From Ostreococcus lucimarinus (lineage: Eukaryota): DNA of 64,000 bases. Below, in pieces: positions 29,844 through 39,780 of this stretch. The notes beneath the pieces are model-generated. The model saw nothing but the letters and a program-made list of their open reading frames with translations. It had not been told where the DNA came from and searched no databases. The stretch's first letter is position 1. Each line of letters starts with the position of its first letter. A program made the position numbers and the translations under genes. Location: NCBI GenBank assembly GCA_000092065.1, contig CP000582.1; one strand, given 5' to 3'.

Positions 29844-30063
29844 CCTTCGCGTCGCGCGCACCTCTTCGACGGCCCGCGCGCGCGCGTCCCGCTGTATTTT
29901 CATTCATAGTTGTATTTTCATCCTCTGTACGTCACTCGCGCGCATTCGCGAACGCGCGAATTCGCGCGTAAAAAGGTCCCTTCGCGTCCGGAGGTCGGCC
30001 GCCCTTTCGGAAATCTCGTCAATCTCGACGCCCACTGTTTACCCATATCAGAAAATATGAGCC

Positions 30064-30133
30064 CGACGTTTCGAAACGTCGTTTCGGAACGTCGTTCCGA
30101 AACGACGTTTCGAAACGACGTTCCGGAACGACG
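30064..30133. promoter_or_regulatory. Array of 5.4 tandem 13-bp units G(A/T)CGTTYCGRAAC. Each unit contains a 10-bp perfect palindrome (GTTTCGAAAC or GTTCCGGAAC). The array lies about 270 bp upstream of the DUR3 ATG.
   Basis: Read directly: gacgtttcgaaac gtcgtttcggaac gtcgttccgaaac gacgtttcgaaac gacgttccggaac gacgg. Units 2 and 3 are reverse complements of each other, so the whole array is dyad-symmetric. The motif is not found elsewhere in the window. Confidence 0.5.
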
Positions 30134-30400
30134 GCGCGTGCATCGCCCGAGCCGACGCCGGCGCGGCAGTGCGAGACGCGCGAGTCGACTCCAAAGGTGC
30201 GACCGCGAGCGCTCTTCGCGCCATCTTCGTCACCGTCCATCGCGCGCGCGCGTTGTCTTCGTTCGAGCGCGCGGCGACGCGGCGACGATGGAGGCGAATC
30301 ACGATGGCGGCGCAAGTGACGACGCGATGACGTCGCGATGATTGCGCGATGCGGGGACTGACGATGACGCGCTTCGATCGGGCGACGCAGACACGCACAC

Positions 30401-32545
30401 TTGACATCAGCACACATGTCTTGCGAACAGTATGAAACCCTGGTCGGGAGCTCGTGCGTTCGCGACACGAGCTTCTTCGGCGGGAAAGCCGTGCTCCCCG
30501 AAGGCGCGGGCTACGGTATCGTCATCGGTTTCGGTTTGTTCTTCTCCCTCGCCACGGCGATCATCATGGGTCTCGATAAGCGTTACGGTGGGACGAACAT
30601 CTCGTCTGAATACTTCAACACCGCCGGTCGTAACGTGAAGACGGGTTTGACGGCGTCCGTCATCGTGTCCCAGTGGACGTGGGCGGCGACGCTCTTGCAA
30701 TCGTCCAACGTCGCGTACCAATATGGTGTCTCCGGACCGTTCTGGTACGCGTCCGGTGCGACGATTCAAGTTTTGCTCTTCGGTATGCTTGCCATTCAGG
30801 TGAAGCGATACGCGCCTAACGCGCACACTATTTGCGAAATCATCGACGCTCGATGGGGCGCGAACGTGCAAAAGGTCTTCATCTTCTTCTGCTTCTTGAC
30901 CAACGTCATTGTGTCTTCGATGCTCGTGCTCGGTGGTGCCGCCACGGTGAACGCGCTCACGGGTATGAACACCACCGCCGCTGGTTTTTTGATCCCGATC
31001 GGTGTCATTGCGTACACTATGGCTGGTGGCTTGAAGGCGACCTTCTTGGCGTCGTACATCCACACCGCCATCATCTTCGCTATTCTCATCACCTTCATCT
31101 ACATCGTGTACGCGGCCGACACCAAGCACGGTCTCGGCTCTCCGAGCAAAGTGTACGATCTCCTCCAGAGCGTCGCTCAGCGCAGTCCGACTTCAACCGA
31201 ATGCGTCGCTCGCCTTGCCGCCGACCAAAACTGCGGTCCGGTGGCCAAAAACCAAAAGGGCTCTTACTTGACCATGCTCTCTGAGGGTGGTGTCATCTTC
31301 GGTATCATCAACATCGTTGGTAACTTCGGTACCGTTTTCGTCGACCAATCGTACTGGCAATCCGCCATCGCGGCCAAGCCGAGCTCCTCCACCAAGGGTT
31401 ACCTCCTCGGCGGTCTCGTTTGGTTCACCATCCCCTTCGCCCTCGCCACCGCCATGGGTCTCGCCACCGTCGCTCTCGACTTGCCGGTCACCTCTGACGA
31501 AGCTGGTAAGGGTCTCGTGCCGCCCGCCATCGCCACCCACTTGATGGGTAAGGGTGGTGCCGCTGCGATCACCATCATGCTCTTCATGGCCATCGTGTCC
31601 ACGGGCTCCGCCGAGCAAATTGCCGTCTCCTCCTTGTTTGCGTACGATGTGTACCGCAAGTACATCAAACCGAACGCCACGGGTGAAGACATCCTTCGCG
31701 TGTCTCGTTACGGTGTCGTCGCCTTCGGTATTTTCATGGGTATCCTCTCCTTGATCCTCGACGAGCTTGGATTGTCCCTCGGTTTCGTGTACCTCATGAT
31801 GGGCATCTTCATCGGCTCCGCCGTCATGCCCATCTCTTTCGTTTTGACTTGGGACAAGGCGAACGCCAAGGGTGCCGTCATCGGCGCCATCAGCGGCCAA
31901 GTTCTTGGCTTGGTCACGTGGATCGTCACCGCTCAAGGCCTGTACAAGGCGGTCACCATCAAGACGCTCGGCGAAAACTACCCGATGCTCGCCGGTAACA
32001 TCGTCGCCATTTGCTCCTCGGGCATCATCCACGCGTTCATGTCCTTCCAAGATCCGCAAAACTTTGACTTCAGCACGCTGAACGATCGCATTCAACTCAT
32101 CGACGACAAGCTTCCGGAATTCGAACAAGATGAAGATTCCAATCCGAAGCAGCTCGAGGCCGCGCTCGCGTGGATCAAGAAGTGGGGCATTGGCTTCACC
32201 TTCGTCATGATTGTCCTCTGGCCGGTCTTCTCGCTCCCGGCGGGTTGCGGCACCTCCGCAGGCTGCGGTGTCTTCAACAAGGGTTACTTCAACCTTTGGG
32301 TTGGCATCGCCCTCGCGTGGGGCACCGTCGCCACCGCGGTGATCATCCTCCTGCCTGTGTACGAATCTTGGGATTCCATCTCCGTCGTCTTGAAGGGCAT
32401 GTTCACCAACGACGACGTGCACATGCGCATGGATGTCCTCGAAAGCAAGATCGACGCGCTTCTCGCGCCGGGCTCCACGAAGTCTACCGAGAAGTTGTCT
32501 CAGCAACCGGGTTACCGTGCGAAGCTCATCGCCGGCCACCTGTAA
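30401..32545 (+). CDS. DUR3: High-affinity urea transporter DUR3 (sodium:solute symporter family)
   Basis: 714 aa with about 15 TM helices and SSS-family features. The urease accessory genes flank it. Codon GC is moderate. A TGTAA sits about 130 nt past the stop. Confidence 0.85.
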   Translation: MTSAHMSCEQYETLVGSSCVRDTSFFGGKAVLPEGAGYGIVIGFGLFFSLATAIIMGLDKRYGGTNISSEYFNTAGRNVKTGLTASVIVSQWTWAATLLQSSNVAYQYGVSGPFWYASGATIQVLLFGMLAIQVKRYAPNAHTICEIIDARWGANVQKVFIFFCFLTNVIVSSMLVLGGAATVNALTGMNTTAAGFLIPIGVIAYTMAGGLKATFLASYIHTAIIFAILITFIYIVYAADTKHGLGSPSKVYDLLQSVAQRSPTSTECVARLAADQNCGPVAKNQKGSYLTMLSEGGVIFGIINIVGNFGTVFVDQSYWQSAIAAKPSSSTKGYLLGGLVWFTIPFALATAMGLATVALDLPVTSDEAGKGLVPPAIATHLMGKGGAAAITIMLFMAIVSTGSAEQIAVSSLFAYDVYRKYIKPNATGEDILRVSRYGVVAFGIFMGILSLILDELGLSLGFVYLMMGIFIGSAVMPISFVLTWDKANAKGAVIGAISGQVLGLVTWIVTAQGLYKAVTIKTLGENYPMLAGNIVAICSSGIIHAFMSFQDPQNFDFSTLNDRIQLIDDKLPEFEQDEDSNPKQLEAALAWIKKWGIGFTFVMIVLWPVFSLPAGCGTSAGCGVFNKGYFNLWVGIALAWGTVATAVIILLPVYESWDSISVVLKGMFTNDDVHMRMDVLESKIDALLAPGSTKSTEKLSQQPGYRAKLIAGHL

Positions 32546-32716
32546 GTCGTGACCCGACTGACGCGGCGAACGCCACGAGCGAACCGCGCAAAGCTACATT
32601 TATTCACTTTACAGCAGTACGAAGTCATCCGTTGTTGCTTCAGATAGATTTAGTGATCGAAATTCTTCATTCAGTATTGTAATTTTTTACATTAATATCT
32701 TTCCTGCAACCGTCGT

Positions 32717-35239
32717 TCACACGATAAAGTATCTTCTCGCGAGGGGCAGCTCTTGCGCAGGCTGACTTTTCAACACGACACCGTCTGCTCGAACCTCATA
32801 TGTTTCTGGATCGACTTCTATCCTCGGGCACGCGTTATTCAAAACCATATCGTCTTTGCTAAGGCCTCTGCATTTGACCACAGCCTCGACGCGTTTATTG
32901 AGACCGTACTCGGCGCCAACATCCGCGGCGGCGGCCGCGGCGCTCACGAACGCTATGCAAGTCTTCCCCGGTTTGAGAGCACCGAACATTCCTCGCATGA
33001 TGACAGGCTCAGGAGTCGGAATACTTGCATTTGGATCACCCATCTGCGCCCACGCGATTTGTCCGCCTTTAACGACGATTTCTGGCTTGGCGCCGAAGAA
33101 AGCTGGCTTCCAAATGACGACGTCGGCGAATTTTCCCACTTCTAGGCTGCCGACCTTGTGCGACATGCCATGAGCTATGGCAGGATTGATGGTATACTTC
33201 GCTACATACCGTTTCACCCGAACGTTATCCGCACCCGAGTTTGCATCTTCTTCAAGAAAACCTCGTTGTTCTTTATTAGAGTGTGCGGTTTGCCACGTGC
33301 GGCGAATGACTTCTCCGACCCGTCCCATGGCTTGCGAGTCGCTCGCCATGATACTAAGCGCACCCATATCGTGAAGAACATCTTCGGCCGCGATAGTTTC
33401 TGCACGAATGCGTGATTCAGCAAACGCAACGTCTTCCGGGATCTCGGGATCGAGATGATGGCACACCATGAGCATATCCAGATGCTCGTCCACGGTATTT
33501 TTTGTGTATGGTCGTGTTGGGTTCGTGGATGAAGGAAGGACCATTTTTTCACCACAAACCTTGATGATATCCGGCGCATGGCCACCACCAGCACCTTCAG
33601 AGTGATACGTATGAATAGTGCGACCTTTGAAAGCCTCAATGGATTTTTCGACGCAGCATGATTCGTTGAGCGTATCCGTGTGAATGGTGACGGCGACGTC
33701 GTACTCTTCTGCAATGGTGAGACAGTTGTCGATCGCAGCCGGTGTTGTGCCCCAATCCTCGTGTAGTTTCATACCGACAGCACCAGCTTTTATGATTTCG
33801 TGCAAGCCTTCGGGCGACGCCGTGTTTCCCTTGCCAGTGAACGCGAAATTGAGTGGTAGCGCATCCGTCGTCTCAAGCATGAACTGCATGTGCGCAGCAG
33901 AGGGCGTACACGTGGTCGCGCACGTTCCCGACGCTGGTCCTGTACCGCCGCCAAGGAGGGTTGTGATGCCGCTAGCGACAGCCTCAGTGCACAGTTGCGG
34001 ACAAATGTAGTGAATGTGCGTGTCCAGTGCTCCCGCGGTGACGATACATCCTTCCGCGGCAATGGCTTCGGTATTCACGCCGACAACCATCCCAGGGGTC
34101 ACGTCAGCGACGTCTGGATTACCACCGTGACCTATACCAACGATGTGACCATCTTTAATGCCGATATCAGCCTTATAAATACCACTATGATCGACTATCA
34201 GTGCGTTCGTGATGATTGTGTCGAGAGAATCAGCGTCGCCGACACCCGCCTGCTGCGACATTCCCTCGCGAAGCGTCTTACCGCCGCCAAATTTGGATTC
34301 TTCACCTTTCATCGTCAAGTCGCGCTCGGGGGTGATGTAAAGGTTCGTATCTCCCAGTCGTACGCGATCACCGATTGTGGGTCCGTACATGTGCGCGTAC
34401 TTGTGTCTCGGAATCATCAACGGCTCACCTTCGCCCAAATCGTCAGCGTCGACGTGCCCGAAGCCGCCGTCGATCACCCGCTTCATGACTTCGTCCAACC
34501 GATCCGCGGTCGCGGGTCCATTCACCAAATTGTTCCCACCTTTGACCACCCGGTTACCAGCGATATTCACCATATTCACAGTTTTCGACTCTCCAGGCTC
34601 GAATCGCACCGCCGTGCCGCTCGGAATGGCCAAACGCGCTCCGTACGCTCGCCGGCGATCAAACGTCAGAAACCGATTCGCCTCGATGAGGTGAAAGTGG
34701 CTTCCCACTTGAATCGGTCGATCACACGTGTTCGTTACCTTCAGTTTTCGTTTCGGTCTTCCCGCCAGGAGCTCTAAAGAATCCTTCGACGTACGAACCT
34801 CCCCCGGCGCCGGTGTCTTCTCCTTTGTCGCCGGAGGAAACGCCTTCTCGCTCGGTTTCGGTAAAAACGATCCCAGCAGCGCGAGTTCGAGATCGACGTC
34901 ATCCGCACATATCGCATCGTGAATCGTGATCAACTTCGTCCCATCGTCGAACGTCGTCTCTATCTGCACGTCGCCCACGAGTTCCGGGACGCCGTCGAGC
35001 ACGTGTCGTCGTCCGAGCACGCGCTTTCCCAAATCCTGCACCTCCACCGACGTCAGCGCGCGCCGTTCCCCGTCCTTATCGAACTTTGGATCTCTCACGA
35101 GCTCGACGCACTGCATCGCGATCAACGCCACGGCCTCCGGGTGGTTCAAACGCATTCCACGCGCGAGTCTTCGCTGCGCCACGCGTCCCGCGGCGAAGAG
35201 AATGTTCAGTTTATCGATCTCACACGGCGTGAGACGCAT
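32717..35239 (-). CDS. URE: Urease, single-chain eukaryotic type (fused gamma-beta-alpha), 840 aa
   Basis: Starts [41 protein letters not shown] (gamma), then the beta and alpha domains with metal-centre motifs (HTHYICPQ, the MVCHHLD His pair, GGGHAPD). The ORF-track start at 35869 is a spurious upstream extension. The ATG was re-estimated at 35239 in ORF-track coordinates. Confidence 0.9.
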   Translation of the reverse strand: MRLTPCEIDKLNILFAAGRVAQRRLARGMRLNHPEAVALIAMQCVELVRDPKFDKDGERRALTSVEVQDLGKRVLGRRHVLDGVPELVGDVQIETTFDDGTKLITIHDAICADDVDLELALLGSFLPKPSEKAFPPATKEKTPAPGEVRTSKDSLELLAGRPKRKLKVTNTCDRPIQVGSHFHLIEANRFLTFDRRRAYGARLAIPSGTAVRFEPGESKTVNMVNIAGNRVVKGGNNLVNGPATADRLDEVMKRVIDGGFGHVDADDLGEGEPLMIPRHKYAHMYGPTIGDRVRLGDTNLYITPERDLTMKGEESKFGGGKTLREGMSQQAGVGDADSLDTIITNALIVDHSGIYKADIGIKDGHIVGIGHGGNPDVADVTPGMVVGVNTEAIAAEGCIVTAGALDTHIHYICPQLCTEAVASGITTLLGGGTGPASGTCATTCTPSAAHMQFMLETTDALPLNFAFTGKGNTASPEGLHEIIKAGAVGMKLHEDWGTTPAAIDNCLTIAEEYDVAVTIHTDTLNESCCVEKSIEAFKGRTIHTYHSEGAGGGHAPDIIKVCGEKMVLPSSTNPTRPYTKNTVDEHLDMLMVCHHLDPEIPEDVAFAESRIRAETIAAEDVLHDMGALSIMASDSQAMGRVGEVIRRTWQTAHSNKEQRGFLEEDANSGADNVRVKRYVAKYTINPAIAHGMSHKVGSLEVGKFADVVIWKPAFFGAKPEIVVKGGQIAWAQMGDPNASIPTPEPVIMRGMFGALKPGKTCIAFVSAAAAAADVGAEYGLNKRVEAVVKCRGLSKDDMVLNNACPRIEVDPETYEVRADGVVLKSQPAQELPLARRYFIV

Positions 35240-35485
35240 CGTTCGCGCGCCTTCTTTCGCCGACGACGCCGCGAGCTTTGATATGTTCGTCCGCGTTGGC
35301 GCCCGCGACCCGGCGACGCTTCCGCGCGCGAGAAAGTGCCGCGCGACGCGCGATGCGAAAAGCGCACTTTTCCGCGACCTTTCGCGACGCGTCACCGCGC
35401 GACGCCCCTGGGCGCTTCGACGGCCCGCGCGCGCGACGGCGGCGCGACGGTGGCTCAAAAATCGATCGCGCGACGGCTCGGCGCG

Positions 35486-36286
35486 ATGTCCGGCGACGCG
35501 CACGCGCACGCGCACTCGCACGGGAGCGATGAGGTGGAATTCGGCGAATTGCACGCGCACGACGGCTTGAAGCCGCACCGACACGAGCGGTTGTACGGAC
35601 CGGGATCGTTCGCGAAGCGCCGGAAGGGCGCGAAAGTTCGAGCGCAAACGTTCGCCGATCGCGCGTACACGGTCGGGATCGGAGGACCCGTGGGCACGGG
35701 GAAGACGGCGCTGACGCTGGCGCTGTGTCGAGCGCTGCGGGACGCGTACGACGTCACGGCGGTGACGAACGACATCTTCACCAGGGAGGATGGAGAGTTT
35801 TTGATCGCGAACGATGCGTTGGGAGATGCGAATCGCATTCGAGCGGTTGAGACGGGAGGGTGCCCGCACGCGGCGATCCGGGAGGATATATCGAGTAATC
35901 TGAACGCCGTCGAAGACCTCACGGCGGCGTATCCGGATTGCGATTTATGTTTGATGGAGAGCGGCGGCGATAATTTAGCGGCGAATTATTCGCGCGAGCT
36001 CGCGGATTACATCGTGTACGTCATCGATGTGTGTGGCGGGGATAAGATTCCGCGAAAAGGTGGACCAGGGGTGACGCAGGCGGATTTATTAGTCGTCAAC
36101 AAGTGCGAGCTCGCCGACGCCGTCGGCGCGTCGCTCGAAGTCATGGAACGCGACGCCAAGATCCAGCGCGAGGACGGCCCGGTGGTCATGGCGCAGGTCA
36201 AGAAAGGCGTCGGCGTGCGAGAGATCGCTCAGCACATCCTCGACGATTGGGCCGCGCAGACCGGGCGCGAGAAGAAACCGTTCTAG
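35486..36286 (+). CDS. UREG: Urease accessory GTPase UreG with a His-rich N-terminus
   Basis: [16 protein letters not shown] (His-rich, plant-like), P-loop [30 protein letters not shown]. Divergent from urease with about 245 bp between the start codons. Confidence 0.9.
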   Translation: MSGDAHAHAHSHGSDEVEFGELHAHDGLKPHRHERLYGPGSFAKRRKGAKVRAQTFADRAYTVGIGGPVGTGKTALTLALCRALRDAYDVTAVTNDIFTREDGEFLIANDALGDANRIRAVETGGCPHAAIREDISSNLNAVEDLTAAYPDCDLCLMESGGDNLAANYSRELADYIVYVIDVCGGDKIPRKGGPGVTQADLLVVNKCELADAVGASLEVMERDAKIQREDGPVVMAQVKKGVGVREIAQHILDDWAAQTGREKKPF

Positions 36287-36474
36287 TTTTAGTTTCGGTT
36301 TAGGGTTTAGGGTTTCCCGAAGAGACCTTTGCACTTTTTCACTTTTTCGCCGCATTAAAACTCTTCACTCTTCGTCGTCGAGCGCGCCGCTCGCCGACGT
36401 CGAGCCTCGCGGCTGAGCGTGATCACGCGTCTGTCCTCGCGCGCGCGGCGCGCGCGGCGCGCGAGACGGCGCAG

Positions 36475-37485
36475 ATGCGTCGCGCGTTCGCCGGTGACTC
36501 TTCAGCGCGGCGCGCGTGTTCCATCGCCGCGCTCGACGTCACGCGCGCCAACGGCCGTTCCGCGGTGACGCGATGCTACGCGGAGTACCCGGTAAAGTAT
36601 CTCACGCCCAAGCGCGGGATCGATGGCGATTGCGATTGCGCGTGGGCGTACGCGGTGAACATGGGCGGCGGTTTGGTGAGCGGCGACGCGAGCGGGACGA
36701 CGATTCGCGTGGACGACGGATGCGCTTTGGCGTTGGCGACGCAAGGCACGCAAAAGGTGTATAAACATAATAAACGACGATGGAATGACGATGCGAAGGC
36801 GGGCGAGGGTGATGGACGATCGAATGTGGGGGAGACCACGTCGGCGCTGTACGCGAGCGTCGGCGACGGCGGGTTGTTGGCGTTGCTACCAGATCCTACG
36901 CAAATATTCGCCGATGCCGTGTTTCGACAGACGCAAACGATCGATATGCACGAACATGGGTCGTGCGTGTGCGTGGATTGGATAACGGCGGGAAGGGTCG
37001 GGTACGGAAACGAGCGATGGGCGTTCAAGAGGGCGGACGTGCGCACGCGCGTGACGTCAAACGGCGAACCCGTCGTCGTCGAAGCCACGCGTCTAGAGGC
37101 GTCTTCGCGCGATTCACTGAACGCCGAAATCTCGCTCGCGATGAGAATGGGTGCGGTGAACGTGGTCGCGTCGCTCATCATCGTCGGTCCCCGCGTGCGG
37201 GAACTCGCGAAATCGTGCGGCGATTGGGCCCGCGATTCGGCGACGCGCAGTATGGCTCACGGCGGCGCTTCCTGGGTGCGCGCTTCCCCTGGCAGCGTCA
37301 CACAAACCGACCCACAATCAAAATTTTTCGTTTCTGCGAGCGATTTACCCCTCCCACACTCCGGCATCGTCCTCCGTTTCTTCGCCGCGGATTCCGAATC
37401 CGTGCAAGACGTCCTCCGCTCGCTTCTCGCCCCGCTCGCGTCTCAGCTCGGCGCTCCTCCCTACGACGAGCGCGGCGGTTCCTGA
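36475..37485 (+). CDS. URED: Urease accessory protein UreD
   Basis: RSAVTRCYAEYPVKYLTP, GGGLVSGD, LALATQGTQKVYK, LLALLPDP, VDWITAGR, and C-terminal SLLAPLASQLGAPPYDE are colinear with plant UreD. Confidence 0.85.
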   Translation: MRRAFAGDSSARRACSIAALDVTRANGRSAVTRCYAEYPVKYLTPKRGIDGDCDCAWAYAVNMGGGLVSGDASGTTIRVDDGCALALATQGTQKVYKHNKRRWNDDAKAGEGDGRSNVGETTSALYASVGDGGLLALLPDPTQIFADAVFRQTQTIDMHEHGSCVCVDWITAGRVGYGNERWAFKRADVRTRVTSNGEPVVVEATRLEASSRDSLNAEISLAMRMGAVNVVASLIIVGPRVRELAKSCGDWARDSATRSMAHGGASWVRASPGSVTQTDPQSKFFVSASDLPLPHSGIVLRFFAADSESVQDVLRSLLAPLASQLGAPPYDERGGS

Positions 37486-37524
37486 TTACATTCTCCATCA
37501 TTTGTACACTACACTTCTAGTTTT

Positions 37525-37935
37525 CTAGTCATTCTTCGGCGTCCCCATTCCCGCCGCGGCCTCCGCGTCTCGCTCGTCGTGCGGCCGCTCGCCCGTCTTC
37601 AGTCGCTTCACCGCGCGCTTGTAATCCTTCGTCTTCATGTGGCTCTCCAGCCCCTCGCGCGTGCTGAACCTTCGACCCGTGGCGACGGCAAAGTACGTCC
37701 CGACGTCCTCATCGATCGCCGTCTGATTCGCGCCCTCGATCAGGTCGAGCGCGGTCGCGCCGCGTTTCAGCGGTGTCCCGTTCGCGGCGGCGGCGGCGGC
37801 GTGAAACGCCTCGAAACGCACGTCCGCGTGCGTCGAACTGGCGTACCCGACGCGGCGAGCGGTTTTACATAAATGCGTCTTCGTCGCGCGACCGGCGGTC
37901 TTGCGCTTGACCTTGCTGCCCTTCTTTTGACCCAT
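37525..37935 (-). CDS. Small basic protein, Bud20/ZNF593-like, with a degenerate C2H2-type motif (ligand residues replaced)
   Basis: MGQKKGSKVKRK... N-terminus. YFAVATGRRFSTREGLESHMKTKDYKRAVKRLK fits the C2H2 spacing YFC..C...F.....L..H....H, but with A/T in place of Cys and Y in place of the second His. Confidence 0.3.
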   Translation of the reverse strand: MGQKKGSKVKRKTAGRATKTHLCKTARRVGYASSTHADVRFEAFHAAAAAANGTPLKRGATALDLIEGANQTAIDEDVGTYFAVATGRRFSTREGLESHMKTKDYKRAVKRLKTGERPHDERDAEAAAGMGTPKND

Positions 37936-38007
37936 GGGACAGAGGCGAGGTGTGCGGGACGGCGAGAGACGCGAATTCGCGATGATGCATATTGATTGAT
38001 GAGCGCG

Positions 38008-38592
38008 CTAAGACGCGGGCGTGGTGAGGAGATGACCGTCTGGATGCATCGTGCGCAGGGTGAGGCTGACGCGATGGGCGCGAGGCACGGCGATGGCGTC
38101 GAAGACGTCTTCGTAACGCGCCGGGATGGCGTGGGTGAACCGGCGACGCGCGTCGCCGCGGATGAAGAGCAAATCACCGTGATCGAGACGCACCGCGGTC
38201 GTCGCGATTGAACTATGTTCGCGCTCGACGGGCTCGAATTCCATGGTGATGGTCGATCGGAGGCTGAGAGAGACGACGACTTCGCCGAAGGCGGCCAAAT
38301 CGACGTGCTTCGACAACCCGCCTGGCGGAACGTACTGGTTCACGATGCACTGGGAAAATGCGAATAAATCGCCCTCGTGCGTGTCGATGAATTTCGTCTC
38401 CAGAGCGATGCCGCGCAGTCTGCGGGCGAATGCGTTGAGCCAGTCGGGTAGAGGCGAGAATCGCATCGCCTGCTCGTTTTCAAGCCATCCCTCGTGCGCC
38501 AGCGCGGCGTCTATGGAGGCTAACTCATTCGCCGTGAACGCGTGCTTGATGTGCATCAACCCTTGGGGGACATCATAGGCTTTATAAATCAT
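38008..38592 (-). CDS. AlkB-family 2OG-Fe(II) dioxygenase
   Basis: IVNQYVPPGGLSKHVD (HxD), HGDLLFIRGDARRRFTHAIP, RVSLTLR (2OG-binding Arg). Confidence 0.65.
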   Translation of the reverse strand: MIYKAYDVPQGLMHIKHAFTANELASIDAALAHEGWLENEQAMRFSPLPDWLNAFARRLRGIALETKFIDTHEGDLFAFSQCIVNQYVPPGGLSKHVDLAAFGEVVVSLSLRSTITMEFEPVEREHSSIATTAVRLDHGDLLFIRGDARRRFTHAIPARYEDVFDAIAVPRAHRVSLTLRTMHPDGHLLTTPAS

Positions 38593-38619
38593 CTCATGGG
38601 GCGCACCATGCCCTCGCGG

Positions 38620-39450
38620 TCAGTTTCCCGCGAACATCGCGTCGAGCGCGTCGAGCGCCACCTTGGTCTCGGCGTTGGCGCTGGCGTCGCCCTCGTCCGT
38701 CATCGCCGCGATCATCTCCCGAGTCTTGGCGATGCGAGCGATCGTCGCTGGGTTTCGAAAATCGTCCACCGCCTTGGGATTCTTTTCGAAGTCCACGCAT
38801 CGAGCTATGTCGAGGAGCACGCGCGCCGCGGCTTCTCTGCAGTTGATGTCGGCTGATTCGAGACACTTGGCCGCATTCGCGATCGCCCCGAACTCCACCG
38901 CCGACGCCATGTTCCCCTCGCTTTGCGTAAAGACGTGTTTGCCCAGAACCAAAGCCTTCACTCGCACGCGCTCAGCGCCGTCGTGCCCGATCAATTTCGC
39001 GCACGCGGCCGCGCCGCCTCCCAACGAAAACGCTCGCTGCGCGTCGTCGCAACCGCGTGTCAGGGAACTCAACGCAAACAGCGCCTTGCCTCGCACCTCG
39101 TCGTCCGCATCGGATATCGCGGCTTCGATCAATACCCCCATCGCGCCCTCCTCCAGCGCGTGTTTCTGCGCCTTGGGATGATTTTGCGTCGTCGTCGCCA
39201 GCGCCTCCGCCGCGAGCGCTCGCACGCTCGCCCGAGAGCACTTCATCGTTCCAATCAGCGCTTCCATCCCCCCGATCGTGTGTAAATCCCCCGCGTTATC
39301 TACATTCTCCACGCGTTCGATCAAATCCTCCAGAACCATCTCCAATCGCTCCCCATCCTCCTCGCTCGTCGTCTCTCCGCGCGCCGCGTTCCGCAGCGCC
39401 TCCACGTCCTCCTTCATCTTCTTCACCTCATCCACGAGCCCACTCGCCAT
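38620..39450 (-). CDS. FES1: Hsp70 nucleotide-exchange factor Fes1/HspBP1 (armadillo-type)
   Basis: LEDLIERVENVDNAGDLHTIGGMEALIG and EVRGKALFALSSLTRGCDDAQRAF align with the HspBP1 core ARM repeats. Only 28 bp separate its stop from the AlkB start on the same strand. Confidence 0.7.
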   Translation of the reverse strand: MASGLVDEVKKMKEDVEALRNAARGETTSEEDGERLEMVLEDLIERVENVDNAGDLHTIGGMEALIGTMKCSRASVRALAAEALATTTQNHPKAQKHALEEGAMGVLIEAAISDADDEVRGKALFALSSLTRGCDDAQRAFSLGGGAAACAKLIGHDGAERVRVKALVLGKHVFTQSEGNMASAVEFGAIANAAKCLESADINCREAAARVLLDIARCVDFEKNPKAVDDFRNPATIARIAKTREMIAAMTDEGDASANAETKVALDALDAMFAGN

Positions 39451-39780
39451 GGCGTCGTAGAACCATTTGCGCTCCTCGTCCGTGAACTTTCGCGCCTTCG
39501 GCGCGTCTTTCGCGTCCTCGGCGTCGTGTTTGCCCTGCTGCGAGAGCGACCTGCGCGGATTCGTGTGTCACTCAGTCTGCAGTCAAATTTCGTCAAATAT
39601 CTGTCCGTCCCGCGCGACGCGCGTGTCACCGTCTTCGTTCGTCGTCGTCGTCCCTCGCGTCGCGCGTCGCGCGTCGCGCGCTCGCGCGCACCATTTCAAA
39701 AGCGCGCTCCACGTCGAGTTATCCGGCGCGTCGTCGCGCGCGCTCGCGCCGTCGTTCGACATTTCGCGACGCGTCGCGCA

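Noticed and set aside
30064-30133. Whether the 13-bp periodic array is a CRISPR-like or prokaryotic repeat
   Set aside because: It has no spacers (the units are contiguous). The context is eukaryotic, with introns, plastid transit peptides and UGUAA signals. It is better read as a promoter palindromic array.
32717-35869. The 1,050-aa version of the urease ORF and the 389-aa version of RPB6 (44472..45641), which carry N-terminal Arg-rich extensions
   Set aside because: The upstream extensions have no homology and junk composition. The conserved proteins begin at internal ATGs ([21 protein letters not shown]). The ORF track also treats TTG/CTG/GTG as starts.
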